Shown: positions 11,789 to 23,991 of the stretch, piece by piece | How the letters are laid out: every line of letters starts with the position of its first letter | Position numbering within the stretch: position 1 is the stretch's first letter | Assembly (NCBI GenBank): GCA_027062145.1 | Contig: JAMOTX010000050.1 | Coordinates: forward strand, 1 to 34,688 | Length of the DNA stretch: 34,688 nt | Reading direction: 5' to 3' | DNA from: Candidatus Altimarinota bacterium | GTDB lineage: Bacteria > Patescibacteriota > Gracilibacteria > BD1-5 > UBA6164 | Position numbers and translations under genes: made by a program | The notes under the pieces: generated by a model | Database searches by the model: none | Seen by the model: the letters and a program-made list of their open reading frames with translations, nothing else | What the model was told of the DNA's origin: nothing

Positions 11789-13933
11789 TTAATCTTCATC
11801 TGGAAGAACAAAACCTCTATCTTCTCTGATTTTAGTAGCAACATTTGTTGGAACTTCATCGTAATGATCGAATTCCATAGCATATGTAGCTCTACCTTGA
11901 GATGCTGATCTTAAATCAGTCATATAACCAAACATTTCTGATAATGGAACGAAAGCAGTAATTATTTTAGCTTGCCCTCTATCACCCATTTCTTCAATTC
12001 TACCTCTTTTTGAATTAATTTGACCGATAACATCACCCATATATTCTTCAGGAGTATTAACTTCAACTTTCATTATTGGTTCAAGTAAAGCAGCTTGAGC
12101 TTTTCTACATGCTTCAGTAAATGCTTTACCAGCAGCTAATTTAAATGATAGTTCAGATGAATCAACTTCATGGAATGAACCAAAAGTTAATGTAGCTTTA
12201 ATATCAACCATAGGGTAACCAGCAACAAAACCTCTTGCATATGATTCAGTTAAACCTTTTTGTACACCTGGAATATATTCTTTAGGAATAGTACCACCAA
12301 CAATAGCGTTGATAAATTTATTAGTTGGTTTTTCTTTAAGTTCAGCTTTAATATCATCTTCATCCATTTCTTTATATGGTTCGAAAGTGATAACAACATG
12401 ACCATATTGACCTCTACCTCAAGTTTGTTTAGAAAATTTATGTTCAACTTTTTCAGCAACTTTTTTAAGTGTTTCTCTGTAAGATACTTGTGGTTCACCA
12501 ACATTACATTCTACAGCGAATTCTCTTCTCATTCTATCAACAATGATATCAAGATGAAGTTCACCCATACCAGAAATAATAGTTTGAGCAGATTCTGGAT
12601 CAGTAGCAACATTAAATGAAGGATCTTCTTCAGCTAATTTAGATAATGCCATACCCATTTTTTCTTGATCAGCTTTAGATTTAGGTTCAACTGAAATTGA
12701 AATAACTGGTTTTGGAAATTCTATAGATTCAACTAAGAATTTATCATTAATATCACATAAAGTATCACCAGTTTTAGTATTTTTAAGACCGATAATTGCA
12801 CCAATGTTACCAGCAGTTATTTCTTGAATTTCTACTCTATCATTTGCATGCATTTGTAATAATCTACCAACTCTTTCTTTAGTACCTGTAGTAGAATTAT
12901 AAATATATGTACCAGATTTAAGTGTTCAAGTATAAACTCTTGTAAATGTAAGTCTACCTACGAATGGATCAGTTGCTATTTTAAATGCAATAGCAGCTAA
13001 AGTAGAATCATTTGAAACTGGAATTTTTTTGAAATTTTCTTTAGTATCAACGTCTTTACAGTCAATCATTGCATCATTAACATCAATTGGAGAAGGTAAA
13101 TAATCAACAGCAGCATCAATAACCATTTGAACACCTATATTTTGAAGAGCAGATCCACAAACTACAGCATATAATTCATTATTACTTACAGCTTTTCTTA
13201 AACCTTTTTTAATTTCAGGAATTTCTAAAGTACCATTTTCAAAATAAATATCCATCAAAGCGTCATCTTGAGAGGCAACTTTTTCAACCATATCATCTCT
13301 TAATTCTTGACATCTATCTTTAATATCAGCTGGAATATCAATTTCAGTAATTTTTTCACCATCACTTCATTCAAAGTGGAAAGCTTTCATTTCTACAAGA
13401 TCAACGATCCCTTCGAAAGTTTCAGCAGCACCAATAGGATATTGAATAGCAACAACTTTATCTCATGCTAATCTTTTTTTGATAGTGTCAATAGACATTT
13501 CAAAATCACCACCCATTTTATCCATTTTATTTACAAAACAGATTCTAGGTACTTCATATTTATCAGCTTGTTTCCAAACAGTTTCAGATTGAGGTTCAAC
13601 TCATTGAGAACCATCAAATACAGCAACTCAACCATCAAGAACTCTAAGAGATCTTTCTACTTCAATTGTAAAATCCACATGACCTGGAGTATCAATAATA
13701 TTTATTTGATGATCTTTCCAGAAACAAGTAGTAGCTGCAGAAGTAATTGTAATACCTCTTTCTTGTTCTTGTTCCATCCAATCCATTGTACCTTCACCAT
13801 CATGAGTCTCACCAATTTTGTGAATTCTACCTGTATAGAATAAAATTCTTTCAGTAGCTGTAGTTTTACCAGCATCAATATGGGCAATAATACCAATATT
13901 TCTGATCTTATCTAAAGGAGTTACTTTAACCAT
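11789..13933 (-). CDS. fusA: Elongation factor G
   Basis: [46 protein letters not shown]; four track fragments join in one frame through TGA=Gly. Confidence 0.98.
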
Positions 13934-13966
13934 CTTAGTAATATTAAAATTTAAAAATATTTTTAT

Positions 13967-14052
13967 AAAAAACGCAAATATAATCTATTTGTAAACTATC
14001 CCTACTTTAAAGGATAATTTAAGATAAATAGACTCCAATTTGGTTTGTGCGT
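13967..14052 (-). promoter_or_regulatory. Structured 5' leader of fusA ending in a U-tract
   Basis: Nested stems ACGCA/UGCGU, AGUCUAUUU/AAAUAGAUU, UAAAUUAUCCUU/AGGGAUAGUUUA plus a CCAAAUUGG side hairpin. Confidence 0.6.
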
Positions 14053-14054
14053 GG

Positions 14055-14082
14055 ATTTTACTTATTAGTTATTATAAGTCAA
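14055..14082 (-). promoter_or_regulatory. Promoter of fusA
   Basis: TTGACT-16-TAAAAT immediately upstream of the structured leader. Confidence 0.65.
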
Positions 14083-14120
14083 ATGTTTTTTGGCATGATA
14101 AAAGCATTTTTTAGTATAAA

Positions 14121-14150
14121 TTGACAAGAATATTATTTTTAGTATAAAAT
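14121..14150 (+). promoter_or_regulatory. Divergent promoter of the HD hydrolase gene
   Basis: TTGACA-16-TATAAA (or -18-TAAAAT). Confidence 0.55.
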
Positions 14151-14179
14151 AAATACAATATTTGTTTAATTTGTTATTT

Positions 14180-15061
14180 ATGGAAGGAAAAGATTTATAT
14201 TCTGTTCAAAATTTTATAGATGTTCAAGAAATGAATGAACAAGAACAAAAGGGTATTGATAAGATGACTAATTTAGTTATAGATAATATATATAATTGAA
14301 AAATAGAGGATAATGAGGAATTTAGATCAACATATAGAAATATATGAACAGCTTATAATTTAATGAAACAAAAATTTTCTGAAGTTATAAGGGATGATTG
14401 AGAAAGGTATTTTGAACACTTAAGAGCCGTAACAAATATTATTTTAGATTTTATACCAGAACCAAATAAAGAAAAAGTATTAATTGCATTATTACATGAT
14501 TCTATTGAAGATACTAATATTGATTTTCATACTTTAGAAATATTATTTTGACCAAAAATAGCAATAGCTGTTGTATGACTAAGTAAAAAAGATTGGAAAT
14601 TATATATTACAGATGAAGAAACTAAAATCTTTTACTTTAATAAAAATCATTCTGATAAAACTATTAAAGAAAATGAGAATACAATATTAAAACCACTTTG
14701 AAAAGAAAGGAGGAATAAGGAATATTTTAGTCATTTAGAATCTTTTGATTCTATGTTAAATTATGTAAAAACTATTGTTAAAGAAGAAGATATAGAATGA
14801 CTTAACGAAAATGAAATAATAGAAATTACTAAAAATATTATTGATGTTAAATTAGCAGATAGAATTCATAATTTATCTACACAATGGGATGAAAACAATT
14901 TAGATAAAGTAAAAAGAAAAGTAGAAGAAACTAAAGATTACTTCCTTGATATTGCAAAAGAAACTAATTCTATAGTATATAAAAAATTAAAAACTTTAAT
15001 TTTAGATTTAGAAATTAAATTAGCAAATTTTTCTAATAAAGTAGATGAGATTATTATATAA
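14180..15061 (+). CDS. Standalone RelA/SpoT-type HD hydrolase (small alarmone hydrolase-like)
   Basis: RDDGERYFEHL, ALLHDSIED, VKLADRIHN motifs; no synthetase domain; absent from the ORF track because of TGA codons. Confidence 0.85.
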
Positions 15062-15098
15062 AAAGATGTTTGAATTAATTCAAACATCTTTTTATATA
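15055..15098. terminator. Perfect 44-bp palindrome, bidirectional terminator
   Basis: tatataaaaagatgtttgaatt|aattcaaacatctttttatata between convergent genes. Confidence 0.8.
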
Positions 15099-15760
15099 TT
15101 TTCAATTTCTAACTTATTAATACTTTTTTTAACTTCTGATAATATAAATTCACTAATATTTCTTGATTTTTTTTCAGTAATATTAATGTTTATCTCCCTC
15201 AGAAAGAAACTAAATACCTTATTTGTGTAGTTTAATAATAAAGTATCATCTTTTATTAATAACTGTTTTAATTTTTGTGTTTGAATACTTGAATATTCTA
15301 ACACGACACTATCAGTAATATCTTCAACCCAATAATTTATTCTATTTTGAATTGATTGATCAATATTATTATCATCAAATTCTGTAATTATTTTTTTAAT
15401 ATTATAATTAAAATTTATATTTTTTTTATTTGAAGTTTCTCTTATTTTTTCAGATATTTCTATATTTATTAATGATAATATTCATAGTATGAAATTAGAA
15501 GGATATCATAAATGAATTGCAGGGAAAAGAGTATCTAAAATAGTATCATATTTTTTATCTACAATAATTTTCACTAAAAAACCAGCCAGTAAGAAATCAT
15601 ATTTCTTGGCTTTTTTTTCATCTTTCCTAGTTTTTGCTACTTTAGCTCAAGCTTTTTTAGTGGATTCTTTATATTTTTCACTAGCATCTTTTGCTGATTC
15701 AGCTGAGTTTCATACTCATTCTGAGGAATCTATGTCTGGAGAATAATCTTCTATTCACAT
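15092..15760 (-). CDS. Hypothetical protein (222 aa)
   Basis: MGIEDYSPDIDSSEG...KTRKDEKKAKKYDFLLAGFL...; in frame with the track fragment; upstream TTGAAA-16-TAAACT. Confidence 0.75.
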
Positions 15761-15826
15761 AGGCTTTTTATATAATTTATCTATTTACGGTATTAGTTTA
15801 TCATTTTTTATTGTTTTTTCAAAATA

Positions 15827-15854
15827 AAAAATAGAGTTTTAAAACTCTATTTTT
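15827..15854. terminator. Palindromic terminator after prmC
   Basis: aaaaatagagtttt|aaaactctattttt with the prmC stop at the centre. Confidence 0.7.
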
Positions 15855-16690
15855 ATACATCTTTCAATATCTGAGTTATCTTTAAATATTTCAAATTTCA
15901 AATTAAGATTTTTAATATATTTTTCACTATAATCTTTTTGATCAAATCATATTTCTATAAATAAAGTTAATGAATTTAAATGTTTTATAGATTTAAGTTG
16001 ACTGCATTCTCTAATTAATTGTTCATATAATTCAAAACCAGTATTTTTTCATCCATACAATGCTAAAGCTGGTTCGAATTCCATTGTTTCATTATCAATA
16101 TTATCAAAATCTTCATTTTTTATATATGGAAGATTAGCTGTTATTACTATGTTTTTATTTAATTCATAATCATTATTTCATAGTAATTCACTTATTAAAT
16201 CAGAATTTATTTGTTTTATTTGTTTTGATAATCAATACTTTGTTATATTTTTTTCACTTATTTCTAAAGCATTTTCAGAAATATCTATTACATAACAATT
16301 ATTTATTTTATTAGTATTTTTTAATATTGATATAGGAATGCAACTGCTTCAAGTTCAAACATCAATTAAAGTTGTTCATTTATACTTTAAAAGAATTTCA
16401 ATTGCTTTATCTACCATCACTTCAGTATCGTCTCTTGGAATAAGAACTCTTGAATCTACATAAAAATCAAGAGAATAAAATTCAGCGTTATTTATTATAT
16501 ATTCTAAAGGTTCTCATTTTTCTAATCTTTTAAAAGATTTTTTTATTTCTTCTAAATAACTATCATTTATATCATTAAGTAAAAATAACTGACTTTTAGA
16601 TAAGCCAGTTATTTTTAATAATGTTAGATCTATCTTTCTTGTTTCTAACCTTGAATTTCTTCATAGTTTATATATTTCTGCTTTATTCAT
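15839..16690 (-). CDS. prmC: Release factor glutamine methyltransferase
   Basis: GEPLEYI; FYVDSRVLIPRDDTE; IDVGTGS; ITANLPYI; FEPALALYGG; EIGFDQ. Confidence 0.93.
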
Positions 16691-16703
16691 AATTTTATTA
16701 GTT

Positions 16704-16934
16704 TTATTTATTTTCTAATACTTCTAATGCTTTATTAACAGTTGTTTTAATACATATTTTAATAGTTTCGTGAGACATTTTTAAACTATTTGGATTATAA
16801 ACGTGTATATTAGAAATTATTTGACTTACTAATGATGTTAAATCTGCTTTATTATTTTCTTCGATTTGAGGGTATAATTCTTTAATAGTTCATAATATAT
16901 CTATTTCTTCTATTTCAATTTTTTCTATTGCCAT
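16704..16934 (-). CDS. Small hypothetical protein (76 aa)
   Basis: MAIEKIEIEEIDILG... fills the gap up to prmC; upstream TTGACT-16-TAATAT. Confidence 0.6.
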
Positions 16935-16977
16935 ATTTATTTAAATTGTTTTATTAAGACAATTATATTAATTAAAA

Positions 16978-17004
16978 AAAACTAGAAGTCAAACTTCTAG
17001 TTTT
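16978..17004 (-). terminator. Terminator containing the permease stop and the next -35 box
   Basis: aaaactagaagt-caa-acttctagtttt. Confidence 0.75.
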
Positions 17005-17758
17005 CAAATTTCTTTTTATTGAATATAAGTATAGTAAAATATAGTATTATAGCTAAATAGACTAAAGAATAAAATGTATTATATAGGAAAAATTTATATG
17101 TAAATTCTGAATAACTTCATATTATATCTTTTATGTTCAGTGCTTCAAAAGGAGGGAATAATAATTGCAATATTTCAGAAAATTTTATTACAAAAACATC
17201 TTTACTTCTATTTGCCATGTCTAATAATATAGAATAGCTATGACTTAAAAAATATACACTTAGAGATATCAATATAGTTAATATATTAGACATAAATGTA
17301 GATAAAAAGAAAACAAGTGATAGCAATATTTCAAGTTTCAAATATGTAAATAATAATGAAAATGAAATTAATCTAGTTATTTCTATGTCTTTTAACAAAA
17401 GAACAGATAAAAATAAAATAGATTGTAACACTATAATTAAAAATATTGTTCATGAAAATCAGAAAAATTTACCTAATATAAATTCATACCTTTTAATTGG
17501 TTTACTTAATATTAGGAAAATTGTTTTTCATTCTATTTCATTAAATAAAAGTTGTGATCATACGAATAATACTGAAACTAGTCAGAAGATTTCTATCATA
17601 GCTAATCAAAAATCTACTATTATTTTATTGTCCTCTCAAATAGTTAATTGTCAAAGAGCTATTGAAAATATTATAAAAACAAATGCAAAAAATAGTATTA
17701 AATATAAAAATTTATTTCTTACTATTTCTTTAAATGTGTTTAATGCAATATTTAGCAT
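16997..17758 (-). CDS. ABC-2-type permease (PilI-like)
   Basis: IALNTFKEIVRNK; DFGLAMIEIFG; EIEGKTIFLILSKPIKRYEFILGKFFG; about 6 TM segments. Confidence 0.85.
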
Positions 17759-17767
17759 AATATTAAT

Positions 17768-18109
17768 TTAGTTAGTTAAATTTGTAAAATAATTTATTAA
17801 TTTAATTTTTTCTATTTTATTATTAGGAGAATCCGTTAGAAAAAATATTAATATTAACATTATAAATAATACTCATAATGTTATTATTCACAATTTAGGA
17901 TTTTTTATAATAAAATAAAAAAGCATTATTGATGTAAGGGATCAAACGTATATAGGAATAAAAATCGCATAATCATTTGGTATAAATATTCAAATAATAC
18001 TTAAAATTATTAGTGGAATTAATATTAAATTAAAAATCCATAAATATAATGTTTTCTTTTCTTTTTTAAGTAAATCAGCTAAAAAAATATATGTATTAAT
18101 ATTTTTCAT
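17768..18109 (-). CDS. Small membrane protein (113 aa, ~3 TM)
   Basis: Open code-25 ORF tightly packed between fmt and the permease. Confidence 0.6.
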
Positions 18110-18111
18110 TT

Positions 18112-19044
18112 TTAAAATTTATAATCTAAAAATTCTTTATTTCAATTTATGAAAGAAAGTATATCCATACTCTTTTTTCATTCAAGTTTCACTTTTTTTA
18201 ATATTATTAAATTTTTATCTTTAGTGGCAATTCATATATTCTTTTTATCTAATTTTACAACAGAACCAATAGTAATATCACTTTCATTATTAATTATATC
18301 AATTTCTTCTAGGTTTAACTTTTTTCCATTATATAAAGTATATATTCCTGGCCAATCGTAATAAGCATTATATTTATTAAAAATATCTTTAGATAGATCG
18401 TTTTGAAAGTTTATTTCTCAATCTTCTTTTGATATTTTACTGCAATATGTTGCTTTTGATATATCTTGTTTTTTTGATTTAAGTGTTCAGCTAAGAATTC
18501 AATTTAATGTATCAATTAATAATTTAGGACCAATTTTTTCAAATTTTTCAAAAATATCCTTAGTTTTATCTGTTTTATCTATATTAATTTTTTTTATATC
18601 TAAAATATCTCATTCATCCATTCATTCAGACATATACATTATAGTTAATCATGTTTCATTATCTCAGTTTTTTATTGCTTCTTGTATAGGACTTGCTCAT
18701 CTGTATTCAGGTAATATTGAACCATGTATATTAATACATCAATATTTTGGTGCATTAAGTACTTCATTTGGAACTATTTTTCAATAGGCAACTACAACTA
18801 AAAAATCAAATCATTCTAATTCTTTAAAAAAATTAGTATTTGCTTTAAGTTTTTCAGGTTGCAATACTTTTATATTTTTTTCTTCAGCTAATAATTTAAC
18901 TGGTGTAGGTGTTATTATTTTTTTTCTTCAGATAGGCTTATCTGGTTGTGATACTACAAGTCAGACCTCTATATTTCATAATTCAAGTATTCACTGAAGA
19001 GTATTCTTAGAAAATTCTCATGTTCAAAAAAAAGCTATTTTCAT
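18112..19044 (-). CDS. fmt: Methionyl-tRNA formyltransferase
   Basis: MKIAFFGTGEF; VVSQPDKP; VVAYGKI; INIHGSILPEYRGASPIQ; GMDEGDI. Confidence 0.95.
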
Positions 19045-19047
19045 ATA

Positions 19048-19773
19048 TTATTTAGTTATTTTTATAAATTTTTCTTTTCAATTATTTTCAAAAAATAGAT
19101 ATATTTCATTACTATTTATTTCAGTAGTTATATCATTTTTATAAAACTTTTTATTTCATCATATATTCTTGATTATTAAGTTTTCTATACTTAAGGTTCA
19201 TGATTTATCTATTTTTGTATTTATCTTAATTATATTAAGATAATTATTTTTCTCTGGTTTTACATTATCATTTGAAAAATAATTTATTTTAATTTCATTT
19301 AATATTTCACCTGATAATGTTGCTTTTATTTTATAAAAAGGATCTGTATTAAAGCTAAATTCAAAATCTGTATTTGAATTATATTCTTTACTAGAAAATA
19401 ATTTTTGTTTTTTGAATATTTTAATAATACCTGTTCAAGAAGTAGTATTTGTTTTTATTATTCAGCTTCAAGTGTATGTATTTAAGTCAATATTTTGAGT
19501 ATATATATTATCAAATTTATTTAAATATACTATATATGCTCAGCTTTGAGTATTTGTATTAAATATTAGTTCATAATCAAAAATTTTATAATTTTTTACA
19601 TCTTTATCTAATTGCATTAAATTATTTTCAATTGTTTGAGTTCTTTGTTTTATTTGTTGATTTTTAATAAAATCTAAAAAATAAAAAACTGAAGAACTAG
19701 TTATAAGAGTAATAATAGAAATAACTATTATTAATTCAACTAATGTAAATGCTTTAAAAAGATTTTTTTTCAT
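19048..19773 (-). CDS. Type IV pilin/pseudopilin-like protein (241 aa)
   Basis: MKKNLFKA|FTLVELIIVISII class III signal peptide with E+5. Confidence 0.88.
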
Positions 19774-19775
19774 AT

Positions 19776-20828
19776 TTATTTTTTAATTAATGTTTCCACT
19801 ATTTTATTTAAAAATACAACAACAACAACTATTATAAAAAATACTATTATTTTTCATGTTTTATCTAAAAATAATGCTGTTAATCAAAATAAAAATGAAA
19901 GAGAATATACTAGTCATAATACTTTATTTTTATTTAATCATATTTTTAGTAATCTATGATGTAAATGTGTAAAATCTCATTCTAATGGATTTTTTTTATT
20001 TAATAACCTTTTTATTATTACATAAATAGCATCAACAGAATATATTCAAAAAACAACTAATACAGTAGCTATTTTTCATCATGCTATTATAGCTAAAGTA
20101 GCTAACATAAATCATAAAAACATTGTACCTGAATCTCACATAAGTATTTTTTCTTTTACATCAAACCACCAAAAAGGAATTATTATTCATACAAGAATAA
20201 TTGATATTCACATTATAAATTTAGCATTTTCTAATAGTAATACAGTTTCATCTCTATTAAATAGAATTATTCATAATAAAAATAATATAAAAAACGATAT
20301 AATAGATAATCAAGAAGTATTTCATTGAATTCAGTCTGTCCAATTTAATGCATTAAAAACAAATACGTACCATAAAATAGTAAAAAATAAAGGAATTAAA
20401 TATATAGTATGATTAAATAAATCTATATAATATGTTTCTAGATTGGCAATTCATCAAAATATATTACTTATGTATCATATTTTTATTGATGTAACTCAAA
20501 TAACTGCTCAAATTACTATTTGAAATAAAAGCCTTATTTTAGGACTTACATTTGCTCTATCATCTATATAACTTATTAAAGTTATTAAAAATCAGAAAAC
20601 CCAAATGAGTCAAAGTTTATAATTATAATCAATAAACAATGAGCTGATTATAAAAAATGAAATAAAAAATATTATTCCCATTGAATATGGAATTGGATTT
20701 CTTTTTAGTCAATATTTTTTAGGATTATCAAGAATTTTAAATTTATAAAAAAGCTTACTAAAACCTATTATTAATAGGAAAGAAGTAATTAATGAAAATC
20801 AGAATATTAAAATATATTGAAGTATCAT
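19776..20828 (-). CDS. WecA/TagO-type undecaprenyl-phosphate GlcNAc-1-P transferase (MraY/WecA family)
   Basis: SYIDD; NALNWTDGIQG; ILMGDSGTMF; GDFTHLHHRLL motifs; many TM segments. Confidence 0.9.
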
Positions 20829-20934
20829 GTGAAAAATGTGTTTAATTAGTTTATTTAATAGTAATTTTAACTTTTTAAAAATCAAGAAAAAACTTATTTT
20901 TTTTCAAAAAAAAAGGGGTGAAAATTTTACTTTT

Positions 20935-21147
20935 CTACCTCTTAATAGAGATGGTTTCTTTATTAACCATTTCATTTACTTTGCCTTCGATGGCAATTTC
21001 ACCAGTATACTTACACTCTAAAATAATATAATATAATGGGACATCATCAATGTGCTTGTATTTTCCTGAACATTTAGTAAAACGCTTTATTCTATAGAAT
21101 CGTCCTTCCATTACAAAGCTTTTTCCTGTATTTTCGTCTTTTTTCAT
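20935..21147 (-). CDS. Small hypothetical protein (70 aa), monocistronic
   Basis: AAGGAG SD before ATG; TTGACT-16-TATAGT promoter (21213-21186); downstream imperfect hairpin plus T-run. Confidence 0.65.
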   Translation of the reverse strand: MKKDENTGKSFVMEGRFYRIKRFTKCSGKYKHIDDVPLYYIILECKYTGEIAIEGKVNEMVNKETISIKR

Positions 21148-21238
21148 TTTTTCTCCTTTTTTGATTTTCTTAAAAATGAGAATTTACTATAGTGATTTTA
21201 TATTCAAAGTCAAAATACAAAAAAATATTCTAAATTTT

Positions 21239-21916
21239 TTAAATATATTTTTTAATTAATTTTAAATAATATATAAAAACAGTAAGTGTTAATATGAAAA
21301 ATCCTAAAGCAATTCAGTCTAATGATCAATTATTAAAACTTATAATTACTCACCAAAGTGATCAACTAGTTAGAGCAAATATTCATATTATATTCAGCCA
21401 ATATTTTAAATTATCTTTTATACTAACAAGTCAGGTAGTTATAAATGAAAATCATATTGCTTGTAATATTGAATAAGATTGATAATTAAAATATTTTATA
21501 AATATTATAAATAAAAATATATTTAAAAAAACAAAAGTTGTTTCAGATAATATTTTAAAATCTTTTTTATAATTATAATATGTAAAAGCTTTAATTGCAG
21601 CTAATCAATAGGCTATTTGCCAAATTATATATTGAGATTGTCATAAGTAAATTAATCAATAAATTCATATTGTTAAAAATACTAAAGTACTAGAAAGTTG
21701 ATAAATACCTCAAATTTTATTATTTTTGTCTGTATAATTACTTTGCATTACCATTATTAATAAATTTCATATGAAATTAACTAAAAATAGTAATGTTATT
21801 TCAAAAATATTTCAATTTCATGTAAATCAAACAATAATTAATGCAAATATTAATAATATAGATATCCACCAATTTTTTCTTAAAAAACTTTTTAATTCTA
21901 TTAATAATTTATTCAT
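21239..21916 (-). CDS. Polytopic membrane protein (225 aa), hypothetical
   Basis: MNKLLIELKSFLRKNWW...; about 7-8 hydrophobic segments; many TGA=Gly. Confidence 0.75.
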
Positions 21917-21943
21917 TTTAGGTTATATTTATGTATATAAGAA

Positions 21944-21982
21944 AAAATAAAAGACACCATTATATTTTGTGTCTTTTATTTT
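21944..21982 (-). terminator. Terminator after pheS
   Basis: aaaataaaagacac...gtgtcttttatttt. Confidence 0.8.
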
Positions 21983-21986
21983 TTGA

Positions 21987-23054
<1,068 letters not shown>

Positions 23055-23083
23055 TTTTCTATTGTGATATTATATTTAATAGG

Positions 23084-23111
23084 ATTATAGGGAAAGAGGG
23101 GAATATTGCAA
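23084..23111 (-). promoter_or_regulatory. Promoter of pheS
   Basis: TTGCAA-16-TATAAT. Confidence 0.65.
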
Positions 23112-23223
23112 TGAAATATTTTGAAAAATATATAAATATGCTGTAGTTTTTATTTTTTGTTCTAAATTTTTATCCTATCTCCTACCTTTATATATATAGT
23201 ATTTAAAATATAAAAATTTTCTT

Positions 23224-23251
23224 TTGACAAATTATAACTATCTTATATAAT
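23224..23251 (+). promoter_or_regulatory. Promoter of the ribosomal protein operon
   Basis: Consensus TTGACA-16-TATAAT. Confidence 0.8.
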
Positions 23252-23256
23252 CACGT

Positions 23257-23337
23257 GGCTTTTAAGGAATTATCCGAAAAGTTTTTGAAGAGGTTAAGTT
23301 AGACGCCGTTCCATTGTGAAAGGTAGTTTAACCTCTA
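23257..23337 (+). promoter_or_regulatory. Structured leader of the rplC operon
   Basis: Hairpins gctttt..gga/tcc..aaaagt and agaggttaa/ttaacctct enclosing a GC-richer segment. Confidence 0.55.
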
Positions 23338-23364
23338 ACTTTAATTTTGTAAACATATTTTTAT

Positions 23365-23973
23365 ATGGCTTGAATTATAGCTACAAAGTTAGAAATGACT
23401 AGAGTGATAAAAGGAGACAGATTTGTCCCTGTTACACTTCTAAAAGTTCCAACTTTAAAAGTAGTATGATTTAAAACTCTTGAAAAAGATGGTTATAAGG
23501 CTATAATCGTTTGAGTTTTAAACAAAAAAGTTGAAGATTCTACTCTAGCTGAATGAAAAAGTACTTTAAATAAAAGTGATTTTTCTAAAATAGTAGAATT
23601 TCCAGTATCTGATGCAGATATTGAAAAATATAGCGCTTGAGACACTCTTTCATTAGATGTGTTAGAAGGTGATATCAAAGTATCTATTGAATGATTTTCT
23701 AAATGAAAATGATTTACAGGTGCAATGAAAAAACATAATTTCCATGGTGGTCCTGGTGGTCACGGTTCGAAATTTCATAGAGCTCTTGGTTCTATCGGTA
23801 ATAGAAAACCTACGAAAGTACATAAAGGGAAAAAGATGCATGGTCATCACGGTGATACTAAATTTACTGTTAAAAAAGTTCCAGTTGAACTAGTTAACAA
23901 AGAAATTGGTGTTGTTGGTGTTAGATGAGCTGTTCCTGGATGAAGAAATTCATTCGTAAATATTATTTTTTAG
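23365..23973 (+). CDS. rplC: 50S ribosomal protein L3
   Basis: MAGIIATKLEMT...VPVT; SKGKGFTG; HGSKFHRALGSIG; GAVPG. Confidence 0.96.
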
Positions 23974-23991
23974 TTATTAATACGTACTCTA

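Noticed and set aside
12250..13896. Alternative-frame and antisense ORFs inside fusA
   Set aside because: Shadows of biased codon usage in a bona fide gene
20872..21177. Loose inverted repeats flanking the 70-aa gene as transposon ends
   Set aside because: Imperfect, low-complexity A/T match with no target duplication; the left copy is explained by the wecA -35 box
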